Virus record (IMG/VR): IMGVR_UViG_3300024308_000007
Coordinates: 1 to 62,857 of that record
DNA: 62,857 nt
DNA from: a virus
Lineage: Duplodnaviria > Caudoviricetes
Strand: one strand, 5' to 3'
Below, in pieces: positions 17,378 through 25,539 of this stretch (the stretch's first letter is position 1; each line of letters starts with the position of its first letter). The notes beneath the pieces are model-generated. The model searched no databases, was not told the DNA's origin, and was given only the letters and a program-made list of their open reading frames with translations. A program made the position numbers and the translations under genes.

Positions 17378-17750
17378 TGTCTTCCCCTTTGACGATCAGG
17401 TAGTAGAAGTCCGGATACCGGAAGTCGTGTCCTTCGCGGTTCCAGTTCGGGTTGTCCAGGACGAAGTCGACGCGCCACTTTTTCCCGCGGTCGCCGGTCT
17501 GCGCATCGGTGTATACGCCGGTGACCTTCTTGATCGCACCGCCCACACGCCCGACAATCAGGTCGCCAGGTTTCAGGTCGCGGACACGGCGCATGGTCAG
17601 TCGGACTTTCACCGGCGTAGAGAACTCGGCGTAATTCAGCGCTGCCGTGTATAACGCCTGTGCGTCATACTCCGTGATGCAGTCGTACCCGAAGATGCGG
17701 CGCATGGCCGCAACCTGGAACGAGTTAATTTTCTCGTTGATTAGCGCCAT
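17364..17750 (-). CDS. hypothetical protein
   Basis: 128 aa, in operon. Confidence 0.6.
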   Translation of the reverse strand: MALINEKINSFQVAAMRRIFGYDCITEYDAQALYTAALNYAEFSTPVKVRLTMRRVRDLKPGDLIVGRVGGAIKKVTGVYTDAQTGDRGKKWRVDFVLDNPNWNREGHDFRYPDFYYLIVKGEDNADR

Positions 17751-17751
17751 A

Positions 17752-18927
17752 TCACACGTCCGCGTTCTTGTGTTCGATGGACTTGCCGCAATATTTGCAC
17801 TGCATCTCTCCGTTCATGCCGTCCGGCGCATACTCACACGACTGACCGGTGGCCACGCACTCGTCCGGCACCCCATCCCACTTATCGACCGGCCTGCTGC
17901 CGGTACTCAGCGACTTATTGACCTGCTGGCTGTCGAGGTCGTTGCCGGTGAAGTGTTTGCGCAGCGCTTCCGACAGCGTGTCGCCGAACTCCGAGCGAGT
18001 CTGGCCTACACGAACCGTCCACGTCTCCGTGGCGTCGTCCTGGAAGATAGTCACGACGTCGTTGCTGCCGTCCTCTACGTGGCCAAGGAGGTTCTCGATG
18101 GCCGCCTGTTCGTTCAGACGCCGGACACGCTCAGGATCGCCCACCTGCGCCTGCAGCGCCGCCAGTTGTTCTTCCAGCAGGCGGATGTGCTCGGCAATCA
18201 GGTTGGCATGGCCACGCGACAACGATATGTGCGAGCAATCCCGCGCCCGCGCCTCGTCCAGTTGTGCATAGAACGCGCCGACAGGCCCATGGCCATGCGG
18301 GATGGTCGTCGGGGCGGGCAGCGTGAAGTGATCCACCAGCGCTTCGACAAGGACACACGCTTCATCGCGGTCAATGTATGTTTCGATTTTCGTCACAAGA
18401 CCGCGCTGCAGAATGAGCGAGGTATCTTTTTGATAGAGATCGGTCAGCATCACGCAGCCGCCGAAACCGTCTTTCTCCGGCAAACGCAGGGTCGTCTGGT
18501 GCGGCTTGCTGACCGATTCGGAGGACTCGCCCATTCCGATCGGCATCGGGGCGCCTTCACCGATTGCATAAGAGAACGCGTCGAGACGATTCCCGTAGAC
18601 ACGCTTCGCCTCTTCGATCACCGAATAAAACTCACGGACTTCCAACCGGGCGCCTTCGAACCAGGCAGGGAAGAACTGTTCGGTCAGCGGATGGACGGCA
18701 TTGACCAGTGCCAGTACCACTTTTGCCCCCTGGTGGTTGTGCTCAATCATCTGGTGCAACTGGCGCATGTGCTTTTTGTTGCCGGAAGTGACGGCCATGG
18801 AATACTGGTCGCAGTCCAGCACGACGTCCGCGTTAAAAAAGTACGCCAGCGCATCGCGGTTCTTGGTTTTTCCGCAGGCCTGGGGGCCGACGACGACGAT
18901 AAGTTTATTGATCATGTTTGCTCTCAC
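17752..18927 (-). CDS. multi-domain protein with N-terminal P-loop
   Basis: VVVGPQACGKT Walker A; C-terminal Cys-rich segment. Confidence 0.6.
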   Translation of the reverse strand: MRANMINKLIVVVGPQACGKTKNRDALAYFFNADVVLDCDQYSMAVTSGNKKHMRQLHQMIEHNHQGAKVVLALVNAVHPLTEQFFPAWFEGARLEVREFYSVIEEAKRVYGNRLDAFSYAIGEGAPMPIGMGESSESVSKPHQTTLRLPEKDGFGGCVMLTDLYQKDTSLILQRGLVTKIETYIDRDEACVLVEALVDHFTLPAPTTIPHGHGPVGAFYAQLDEARARDCSHISLSRGHANLIAEHIRLLEEQLAALQAQVGDPERVRRLNEQAAIENLLGHVEDGSNDVVTIFQDDATETWTVRVGQTRSEFGDTLSEALRKHFTGNDLDSQQVNKSLSTGSRPVDKWDGVPDECVATGQSCEYAPDGMNGEMQCKYCGKSIEHKNADV

Positions 18928-19109
18928 TCAGTTTTGTTTACAAGGGTTTCGACGAAATCACGCAGACGCTTTTTTGCTGACCGGGCGCCATTCGCTACTG
19001 CTTCCCGTTCTTCGGCGTCCATGAGTGTTCCGGACCAACTGGCTTTAATCTCTGCCGCTACCAGTTTTTGTATCAGGGAATTCAGCCTTACTTTTTGTTT
19101 CCCGTTCAT
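18924..19109 (-). CDS. hypothetical protein
   Basis: 61 aa; GTGA overlap. Confidence 0.5.
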   Translation of the reverse strand: MNGKQKVRLNSLIQKLVAAEIKASWSGTLMDAEEREAVANGARSAKKRLRDFVETLVNKTE

Positions 19110-19260
19110 TGTGTGCCGCCCATTCAGTTAGTGGTGGATAGTTATTACCGGCGTACCGGTCAATCAGGTGAACCGCTTCGCGCTGGTACTTTGGCTCGGC
19201 GGAAAACAGCAGTACCGCCGATACAACGACCGCGCCGAATACTGCTGTCATCGGCTTCAT
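19045..19260 (-). CDS. hypothetical protein with hydrophobic N-terminus
   Basis: 71 aa; TAATG overlap. Confidence 0.45.
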   Translation of the reverse strand: MKPMTAVFGAVVVSAVLLFSAEPKYQREAVHLIDRYAGNNYPPLTEWAAHNERETKSKAEFPDTKTGSGRD

Positions 19261-20018
19261 TACTCTGTTTCGCCCTCGTCCAAGTTGATCTGGTTCAGCG
19301 GAGACATGTCATCCAGGTCGTGCCAGCTACCGTCGGGCCGGCGCGTCACGTTGCGCAGGTCAGGATCGGCGAGGTCGATAGAGCGGATGACCGCGAACAG
19401 CTTGCGAGCCTGGTTGCAGCAGTCGTCGATGCCGACATGCAGCGTACCTTCGTTGGCCACGCCCTCTTTCACCGCGTAGTAGGTCGACAGGAACGAGCGC
19501 GCGCAACGCACCCCCCAAAATGGCCAGTTCATCTTCGTGACCGGCAGCATGTTGCGCCAGGCATTTTCAAGCCAGTTCTGATCCTGCATCGGTCCGCACG
19601 ACCACAACTCCACACGGTCGTTATGCAGGCCGTACAGGTTACACATGTCGCGCACCCAGTCGTTGAAGCCGCGCAACACACCTTCCAGTGAAACCGCTTC
19701 CTGCTGCCCGTATACCTGGTCCATGCGGGCGGCTTCGCACTGGCGGAACCACCACATGATCGTCTGCGGGTCGATATGGCCGCCGAAATTGCGCGCGTAA
19801 TCGAATGCCGAGTCGATTTGCACGTACATGTTGAAGCGGTTCAAAAGGGACTCCTGGGCCGATTTCGCATCGAAGTCCATTACAACCGCACTCAGGGAAA
19901 TGAATGCGGCGTTGGGCGCGGTCGACAGGCTTTCCTTATCGATCATGATGCGCAGGCGAGCCAGCTTTTGCGGGGCGAAAGACGGGCGGCTTCGTTCAAT
20001 CAAAGTCAGTTGTGACAT
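19260..20018 (-). CDS. 3'-5' exonuclease (DEDDh, Rv2179c/exonuclease VIII N-terminal-like)
   Basis: IMIDKESLST.PNA, TIMWW, LWSCG..D, HVGIDD..NQA. Confidence 0.75.
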   Translation of the reverse strand: MSQLTLIERSRPSFAPQKLARLRIMIDKESLSTAPNAAFISLSAVVMDFDAKSAQESLLNRFNMYVQIDSAFDYARNFGGHIDPQTIMWWFRQCEAARMDQVYGQQEAVSLEGVLRGFNDWVRDMCNLYGLHNDRVELWSCGPMQDQNWLENAWRNMLPVTKMNWPFWGVRCARSFLSTYYAVKEGVANEGTLHVGIDDCCNQARKLFAVIRSIDLADPDLRNVTRRPDGSWHDLDDMSPLNQINLDEGETE

Positions 20019-20028
20019 GGTGGTTTCC

Positions 20029-20331
20029 TTATGCGATACGGATGATTTCTAGGGTGCACACAAACGCGTCTTTATCCCATTTACGTGAACTACTGATCGT
20101 GTACTTCTGGCCGGTCTTCTTACGGGCGTCTGTGACAGAACGACTGTGGCGGCTGCGCAATGCTTGGCTCATTCTAAGCGCGGCATCAATGGCGGACTCC
20201 CCGTTCTCCGGTACCGCTCGTTCTTCCAGGGAAATCACCCCGTTCACCGGCATACGTGCCAGTTGGCTACGAAGGCCGTTGCCTTCTGGCTTCTTAACTG
20301 CTGTTGTGTCTACTGTGATTTTCTTCGGCAT
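20029..20331 (-). CDS. small putative DNA-binding protein
   Basis: 100 aa; AGGAG RBS; first gene of the leftward early operon. Confidence 0.65.
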   Translation of the reverse strand: MPKKITVDTTAVKKPEGNGLRSQLARMPVNGVISLEERAVPENGESAIDAALRMSQALRSRHSRSVTDARKKTGQKYTISSSRKWDKDAFVCTLEIIRIA

Positions 20332-20360
20332 TTTGTTGCTCCTGTTTGCTGGTGGAGTGA

Positions 20361-20390
20361 ACTATAAACAACACTCGCTGCGAAGGTCAA
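20361..20390 (-). promoter_or_regulatory. sigma70-like early promoter
   Basis: TTGACC-18 nt-TATAGT. Confidence 0.7.
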
Positions 20391-20416
20391 CAATAATTCA
20401 CGATTATTTTCTAATC

Positions 20417-20600
20417 GCTAAAAACCACTGGCCAGAATTGCTCCGCTCACGGGGTTGTTGAAGTGATAGGGAGAATTGGTCCGATCGCGCGAGAAAAATT
20501 TCTCCGCTCATGGGGATCTTGAAGTGATAGGGCGCGGGGGAATTGCTAAAAACCGCTGGCCAAAATTGATCCGCTCATGAGGGTTTTGAAGTGACTAAGG
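20417..20600. repeat. three direct repeats CCGCTCA-N8-TTGAAGTGA
   Basis: Cores at 20443, 20504 and 20571; copies 1 and 3 also share GCTAAAAACCRCTGGCCARAATTG. Confidence 0.85.
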
Positions 20601-20684
20601 AAGTTCGCTGGCTTTTCAGCTACCGGAGAAAAAATCAGCCCGATACGGTTGCTCACGTTTGACGATTTTTAAGTGAAATTTTTG

Positions 20685-20697
20685 TAAGTCGTTGATT
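20685..20697 (-). promoter_or_regulatory. IHF-binding consensus site
   Basis: AATCAACGACTTA matches WATCAANNNNTTR. Confidence 0.55.
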
Positions 20698-20904
20698 TTC
20701 GGGGACTATTTCGATTTTTTCGGAGCGGGATCGGCTGGAAGCCGCGCCACGCCTGGCCTGGCGGGCTGTCGGGGTGCCACTGGCGGTGATCGCCTGGCGT
20801 TTTCGTTGTCCTTTCAGATACCGCGAAACCAGGCGGGGCGCGGGTTTATGGTTGTTTCGTTGGTGTTGACCGTCCGCAAAGTTGAAAAATATTTTAATAA
20901 GGTG

Positions 20905-20934
20905 TTGACCTTCGCGGCGGAGGTCATTAATAAT
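20905..20934 (+). promoter_or_regulatory. sigma70-like pre-early promoter with palindromic operator
   Basis: AT-rich UP element; TTGACC-18 nt-AATAAT; TGACCTTCGCGGCGGAGGTCA palindrome. Confidence 0.75.
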
Positions 20935-20987
20935 TAGGCCGCACCACCAAACAACGACACGAAACAACAGATAAACGAGGTAACACG

Positions 20988-21245
20988 ATGGAAAGGATTT
21001 ACAACACGCTGAAAGGGCAACCGCTGCAACATTGGTTGACTATCGCGATCATCCGTGACGAAACCGGATCGGCAACCGTTGAAACGCGCTCAACTATCCA
21101 CGTAGTAAAAGCGCGGCCTCTTTCTCAATCCTGGGGCGCGTCGTTCTCTGATTCTGACATCCTGAACGACAACGATTTATTAAAGGTTGTTTATCAGCGT
21201 TTCGGACGTGAGATTTTCACCGCCGATTATACCCGCAATTTTTAA
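20988..21245 (+). CDS. pre-early hypothetical protein
   Basis: 85 aa; GAGGT RBS. Confidence 0.7.
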   Translation: MERIYNTLKGQPLQHWLTIAIIRDETGSATVETRSTIHVVKARPLSQSWGASFSDSDILNDNDLLKVVYQRFGREIFTADYTRNF

Positions 21246-21262
21246 TTAAAGGGGACCAGAAA

Positions 21263-21808
21263 ATGCAGTCAATCACCACCACGTACACTTTCACGAACGG
21301 CGGACAAGGCCGGATCTTGGTTGAATCATGGCACGGTAAAAAACGCTATAACGCGGATGACGCTTTGAACAGTGAGCAGAATCACCGCCGCGCTGTTCAA
21401 TTGTACATTGACGAAATGAACGAACGCCGCCGCGCTAATCGTCCTGGGGAAAACGTCCCGCCTTTCGAGATCGTCACGTCCGCGCCGCTATCGGGGGAAG
21501 GATGGGCGTTTATGGTCGATTATGCACCGGAGATCGCGCCGTGTCATATGTCTATAACAGTGCGTTTCATGCCTGGAACGAACACCCGCCCCGCTTATAT
21601 GAAAGTTCATTCGTGGTTATTCCCGAAAGGGACGACGGTTAATTATTCACGCGCCACGCAACCAGGGGACGTACAAGGCGCGGCGTTTTATGCGGCGCGG
21701 ATCATGCTGGATATGATCAACGATGAAGTAAAAGACGCCGGAATATCCTATTCCATCCGGGACTATATCCAGACATATAACGGGGATCGCGTTTTCTCTT
21801 TAATCTGA
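21263..21808 (+). CDS. pre-early hypothetical protein
   Basis: 181 aa; AAGGGG RBS. Confidence 0.7.
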   Translation: MQSITTTYTFTNGGQGRILVESWHGKKRYNADDALNSEQNHRRAVQLYIDEMNERRRANRPGENVPPFEIVTSAPLSGEGWAFMVDYAPEIAPCHMSITVRFMPGTNTRPAYMKVHSWLFPKGTTVNYSRATQPGDVQGAAFYAARIMLDMINDEVKDAGISYSIRDYIQTYNGDRVFSLI

Positions 21809-21866
21809 TTTGTTTTATTGCACGACGATAGCCGAAATATACCGACGACATAACGAGGGGTTTACC

Positions 21867-22502
21867 ATGCGTACTATTAACATCGAACTTTTTAAATTCG
21901 CTGAACTGGACGACGCCGCCAAAAAAGCCGCATTAGAAAACGTCCGCGCCGTTTATCTGGATTCATCGGATTTTTGTTTTTCCGAATATCTCGCCAGTTT
22001 AACCGCTTTCGCCGATGACATCGGGATCGCCGTCCGGGGCTATTCTTTCGGCCTGGAAGGCGGCAACGTCGATCTAGATTTAGATGATTTGTCCGCCGAA
22101 TATAAAAGCGGCGCCCGCCTTTACGCGTGGATCGTGAATAACGTTAAAGGGCTGCAACCCGGCCCGCGCGTTTACCGTGTTGAGCGCGACACCGTGCGCC
22201 ATGGTTTCAAACAACGTGAAAGAATCGTTAAACGTGTTAGCCGTATCTATTCGGGGGATGACTGCTGCAATTATACCGGCGTTTTCTGTGACGAATCTTT
22301 ATTAACGCCTTTCCGCGAATTCCTGAAAGCGCCAACGGATGAAACCTGTTTAGGCGACCTGGTGCGCGCGGCTGTCGATTCCTTTTGCGCTGATATACTG
22401 GCAGAACTGGAACACCAGGAAAGCGACGAATATGCGCAAGAATGGATCGAGAATAAAGGCGATGAAATCGAATTCACCGCAAACGGAAAAATTTACGGAT
22501 AA
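21867..22502 (+). CDS. pre-early acidic protein
   Basis: GAGGGG RBS; LFKFAELDDAAKKAA, C.YTGVFCD and EFTANG motifs. Confidence 0.7.
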   Translation: MRTINIELFKFAELDDAAKKAALENVRAVYLDSSDFCFSEYLASLTAFADDIGIAVRGYSFGLEGGNVDLDLDDLSAEYKSGARLYAWIVNNVKGLQPGPRVYRVERDTVRHGFKQRERIVKRVSRIYSGDDCCNYTGVFCDESLLTPFREFLKAPTDETCLGDLVRAAVDSFCADILAELEHQESDEYAQEWIENKGDEIEFTANGKIYG

Positions 22503-22512
22503 GGGGATCATC

Positions 22513-22803
22513 ATGACTATTAAAATTTTAACGGCTGAATCTATCGCCGTGATCTCTTTTTGGGAATTGAACGACGCGCAACAGGCTGAACAGTTGGAAA
22601 CTTTCGGCAGTGACGCGGAAGACGGCAATTATTTTATTTATGCCGATCAGGTTTACGCAATGGCGGATTGTATGCGCGAAGAATCGCACACGGAAGCGGG
22701 CGCGGCGGGCTGGAATGGGTCATTTAGTGAAACGGCGTTTTCCCGTCTCCTGGTGCGCCTGGTGGATGATAACGAGGCTGTTTTACTGGGGCGCGAATCA
22801 TGA
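22513..22803 (+). CDS. pre-early acidic protein
   Basis: AAGGGG RBS; 96 aa, D/E-rich. Confidence 0.7.
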   Translation: MTIKILTAESIAVISFWELNDAQQAEQLETFGSDAEDGNYFIYADQVYAMADCMREESHTEAGAAGWNGSFSETAFSRLLVRLVDDNEAVLLGRES

Positions 22804-22991
22804 TTAAAGAAAATGATATTGTCCACGAAAACGGGAAATATTGGGTTATGCGAAACCGTAAAGATCGCTGTTATTCGGTTATGGTTTCCGGCGCAACTCA
22901 TTCTGTTAGCGATAGCCATTATTCCATGGACGACGACGGGCTATCCATTGCCGTCGCCCGTTGTGATTATCTTGCGAGGCCGAAAAAATGA
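22800..22991 (+). CDS. pre-early hypothetical protein
   Basis: 63 aa; ATGA overlap. Confidence 0.65.
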   Translation: MIKENDIVHENGKYWVMRNRKDRCYSVMVSGATHSVSDSHYSMDDDGLSIAVARCDYLARPKK

Positions 22992-23188
22992 TCCTTTTAT
23001 TCATCCTGGCCGGATATGCCTTTATCGGCTTTTACGTGGGGCGTGATTTGCTGGCGGTGCATCGCCGTTGCCGTGTCGAATTCCGGCAATGTTTCGGCAA
23101 GCGGAAAATATATTTACGTGAACGTAAGACCGGACGTCTGATCGGCTGTTCAAACAATCCATTTACTTTAATTTTGCAGGTTGCCTAA
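22988..23188 (+). CDS. pre-early small membrane protein
   Basis: 66 aa; N-terminal TM helix. Confidence 0.55.
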   Translation: MILLFILAGYAFIGFYVGRDLLAVHRRCRVEFRQCFGKRKIYLRERKTGRLIGCSNNPFTLILQVA

Positions 23189-23189
23189 T

Positions 23190-23366
23190 ATGCCTTATAT
23201 CCGCGCCCTGGTCGCGCTAATCGTTGTCTTATTCGCGTTTGCCGTGATCTATAACTTGCCTTATCCGTATCTTTCGCCGCGCTGGTTTTTCACGGCGGCG
23301 GGCGTCGCTTTCATCGCGGCGGCCTTTGTGGGCTTTATTCTTCCCGATAACAAAAAAGGCGGCTGA
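23190..23366 (+). CDS. pre-early small membrane protein
   Basis: 58 aa; two TM helices. Confidence 0.55.
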   Translation: MPYIRALVALIVVLFAFAVIYNLPYPYLSPRWFFTAAGVAFIAAAFVGFILPDNKKGG

Positions 23367-23368
23367 TC

Positions 23369-23500
23369 ATGATTAACCTCAAAGATACGGCGGAAGTGGT
23401 GATCCCGGTCCTGGTCCTGGCGGGGCTTCTCCTGGCGGTGTCGCTGGACTTTAAGCGCCGTTTACGCGCCGCTGGTAAAAAGTTTAAAAACAGACGCTGA
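23369..23500 (+). CDS. pre-early small membrane protein (43 aa, not in ORF track)
   Basis: MINLKDTAEVVIPVLVLAGLLLAVSLDFKRR...; TM helix plus basic tail. Confidence 0.5.
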   Translation: MINLKDTAEVVIPVLVLAGLLLAVSLDFKRRLRAAGKKFKNRR

Positions 23501-23532
23501 TCACAAAATTCGCATAACGCGAAAAATAGTTT

Positions 23533-23572
23533 AAGGCCGCGATCCCTTGTGCTGTAAGGGGTTGCGGCCTTT
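23533..23572 (+). terminator. putative terminator hairpin
   Basis: AAGGCCGCGATCCCTT...AAGGGGTTGCGGCCTTT. Confidence 0.5.
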
Positions 23573-23598
23573 GTTCGTCTGGCTTCCGTGAAATAGTG

Positions 23599-23627
23599 TT
23601 GACCTTTGCCGCGAAGGTCACTATATT
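23599..23627 (+). promoter_or_regulatory. sigma70-like pre-early promoter with palindromic operator
   Basis: TTGACC-17 nt-TATATT; TGACCTTTGCCGCGAAGGTCA palindrome. Confidence 0.75.
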
Positions 23628-23681
23628 GGCATTGCACCACCAAACAAAAACATCGAAACGCACCAACGAGGATAAACAATC

Positions 23682-23981
23682 ATGAGTAAATCAGCACTGA
23701 AAGCCCTGGCAAACGCGGACGACAACGAAAGCGCGGCAATCTGCAACCTTTGCGCAAGCCTGATCGTTAATGACGACGCTACCGGATTCGATTATTCGGA
23801 CGACGGCGAAAAACGCGAAAAGAACGCGCGGATCGGGATCGCGTCGTGGCGGGCTGAATGGTTGACGTTAGCCGTTGATCTGGATAATGCAGAAAACGGC
23901 GTCTCTTTCGGTTGTGAATGTTGCGGCGCGCGTGTTCACGGCTGGCGCGGTCGCGTAGTTTTCGCCAACTTTCGTAATTAA
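23682..23981 (+). CDS. pre-early putative zinc-binding protein
   Basis: 99 aa; CNLC...CECC; GAGG RBS. Confidence 0.7.
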   Translation: MSKSALKALANADDNESAAICNLCASLIVNDDATGFDYSDDGEKREKNARIGIASWRAEWLTLAVDLDNAENGVSFGCECCGARVHGWRGRVVFANFRN

Positions 23982-23991
23982 GGGGTAAATC

Positions 23992-24231
23992 ATGATCGGT
24001 ATCTGTGAACGTAGAACGGTTATTCAGGCTTGCGCGGAATTCAGCAGAACACGCCGCCACCTGGCCGGATGGAAAACCCGCGACGGGTTGACGTTCGACC
24101 GTGATGGATACCGGATTGAATTCACGGACTGGCGCTGGACACTGTATAAAAACGCTCTTTCGTCCCGTCATGCTGTTTATGTTTCGTCTTACTTAATCGC
24201 CGTGGTGGACGCGGCAAAGGAAATTAAATAA
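23992..24231 (+). CDS. pre-early hypothetical protein
   Basis: 79 aa; AAGGGG RBS. Confidence 0.65.
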   Translation: MIGICERRTVIQACAEFSRTRRHLAGWKTRDGLTFDRDGYRIEFTDWRWTLYKNALSSRHAVYVSSYLIAVVDAAKEIK

Positions 24232-24310
24232 TGAGTATCGGCCTGATTTTATCCGTGTGTATGCCGCTGATATCCGGCGGTGACGATGCGAAATGGATAT
24301 GGGGTGCGGC

Positions 24311-24595
24311 ATGAGAGATCACGAATACCGCGTATTAATCCGCATTATCCGCGCTCGTTCCCTGGTGGTTGGGGACACAATAGCGACGCTTGATCGCGTC
24401 GAACTAAAACAGGGCGGACGCTGTGAGATGGTGGATCGCTGGTTTACCTGGAAAATTGAATCAATCGACACTTTCGGATCGGCGGTAGTCCTGCATTTAT
24501 CGCGCCGCCTTGCTGAACTCAAAAAGCATAAATTAATGGTCACGCCGCCGGATTCATATCAAAAGCGCGTGATCGGATGGATTAAGGAGAACTAA
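24311..24595 (+). CDS. pre-early hypothetical protein
   Basis: Start MRDHEY with GGGG RBS; in operon. Confidence 0.6.
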   Translation: MRDHEYRVLIRIIRARSLVVGDTIATLDRVELKQGGRCEMVDRWFTWKIESIDTFGSAVVLHLSRRLAELKKHKLMVTPPDSYQKRVIGWIKEN

Positions 24596-25054
24596 ATGAT
24601 CACGCTGAACCGCAACCGTACCAAACCGACGATTAACGACGTATTAAACGAATTAGACGCTTTCGAGGCCGAAACCATGACAACCGCAAAACCTTTTACC
24701 GTATTCATTCACGATAAAGACACCAGCGCAGCCGATCCTTTCCAGGAAACCTATAAAAGCGCCTTGATCAGCACGGCGCACCTGACCCCCGCCACGCTGG
24801 GCGTCCTGAACCGTATCACGGCCAGCAGGGATCTACCTTTCTGGATTTACGCCACGGAATACGGCTGGATCGTGTGGTTCGAGGCAGTGGACGCGATCGG
24901 CCTGATTGAAGAGGAGCACCCCGCCGCCTACTGGATAGCGCAGCAGGCCGATCTGCTGGCGATAAAAGCTGCCCTGTTTAAACACGGGTATCAGGCCGCG
25001 CACCTGGACAAGGACGGGCCGATCATTGACGGCCTGGAAGAGTACGATCATTAA
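24596..25054 (+). CDS. pre-early hypothetical protein
   Basis: 152 aa; AAGGAG RBS; LISTAHL...TEYGW...LDKDGP. Confidence 0.7.
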   Translation: MITLNRNRTKPTINDVLNELDAFEAETMTTAKPFTVFIHDKDTSAADPFQETYKSALISTAHLTPATLGVLNRITASRDLPFWIYATEYGWIVWFEAVDAIGLIEEEHPAAYWIAQQADLLAIKAALFKHGYQAAHLDKDGPIIDGLEEYDH

Positions 25055-25090
25055 TCTGTAAATCATCCTCGTTAATCTGGCTTTATGGTT

Positions 25091-25117
25091 GCCCGTCTAT
25101 CATGGACGGGCTTTTTT
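25091..25117 (+). terminator. intrinsic terminator
   Basis: GCCCGTC-TATCATG-GACGGGC-TTTTTT. Confidence 0.8.
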
Positions 25118-25469
25118 ATTTGTGTTGTCTGCCTGGTTGCCGCCGCCTTTCTGAATACCGCGAATAACATCATTGATCCGCGTACTGGTCCCGCCTGTTT
25201 TTGCTCTTTTCTGACTCTCAGAGATCACCCCCTACGGAATACCCCACACACCACGATCACCCCCTTATATGGGGGCATATCCGCATACCGTGTATAACGT
25301 GTATATCAGGATACTGATTCTGGCCCCTGTATGGGGTCTACATTCAACGATCTATCATGAGGTAGTGCATAGGTAGCGGGTCGCCTGGCGGACGCGTCTC
25401 AGCGCGATTGAGGACGAATGACGCACCAGGGGCGAAAAGGTACTTCCCCCACCCCGTTTTCAGCCCGCG

Positions 25470-25481
25470 GGGGCGCAGAGC
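25470..25481 (+). other. predicted cos site (12-nt cohesive end)
   Basis: GGGGCGCAGAGC is an 11/12 match to the phage Chi cohesive end as I recall it (GGTGCGCAGAGC); flanked by CCGCG/CGCGG; lambda-like terminase present. Confidence 0.8.
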
Positions 25482-25539
25482 CGCGGTTTGCGAAATTGTG
25501 CGGGATCTGCCATGGCTCCACTGCGGCCAACCATGGAAA

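Noticed and set aside
17647-19131. 494-aa plus-strand ORF
   Set aside because: Antisense shadow of the early operon
20417-20600. Triple repeat as a mini-CRISPR array
   Set aside because: The repeats have variable interiors, two of the putative spacers resemble each other, and no cas genes are present
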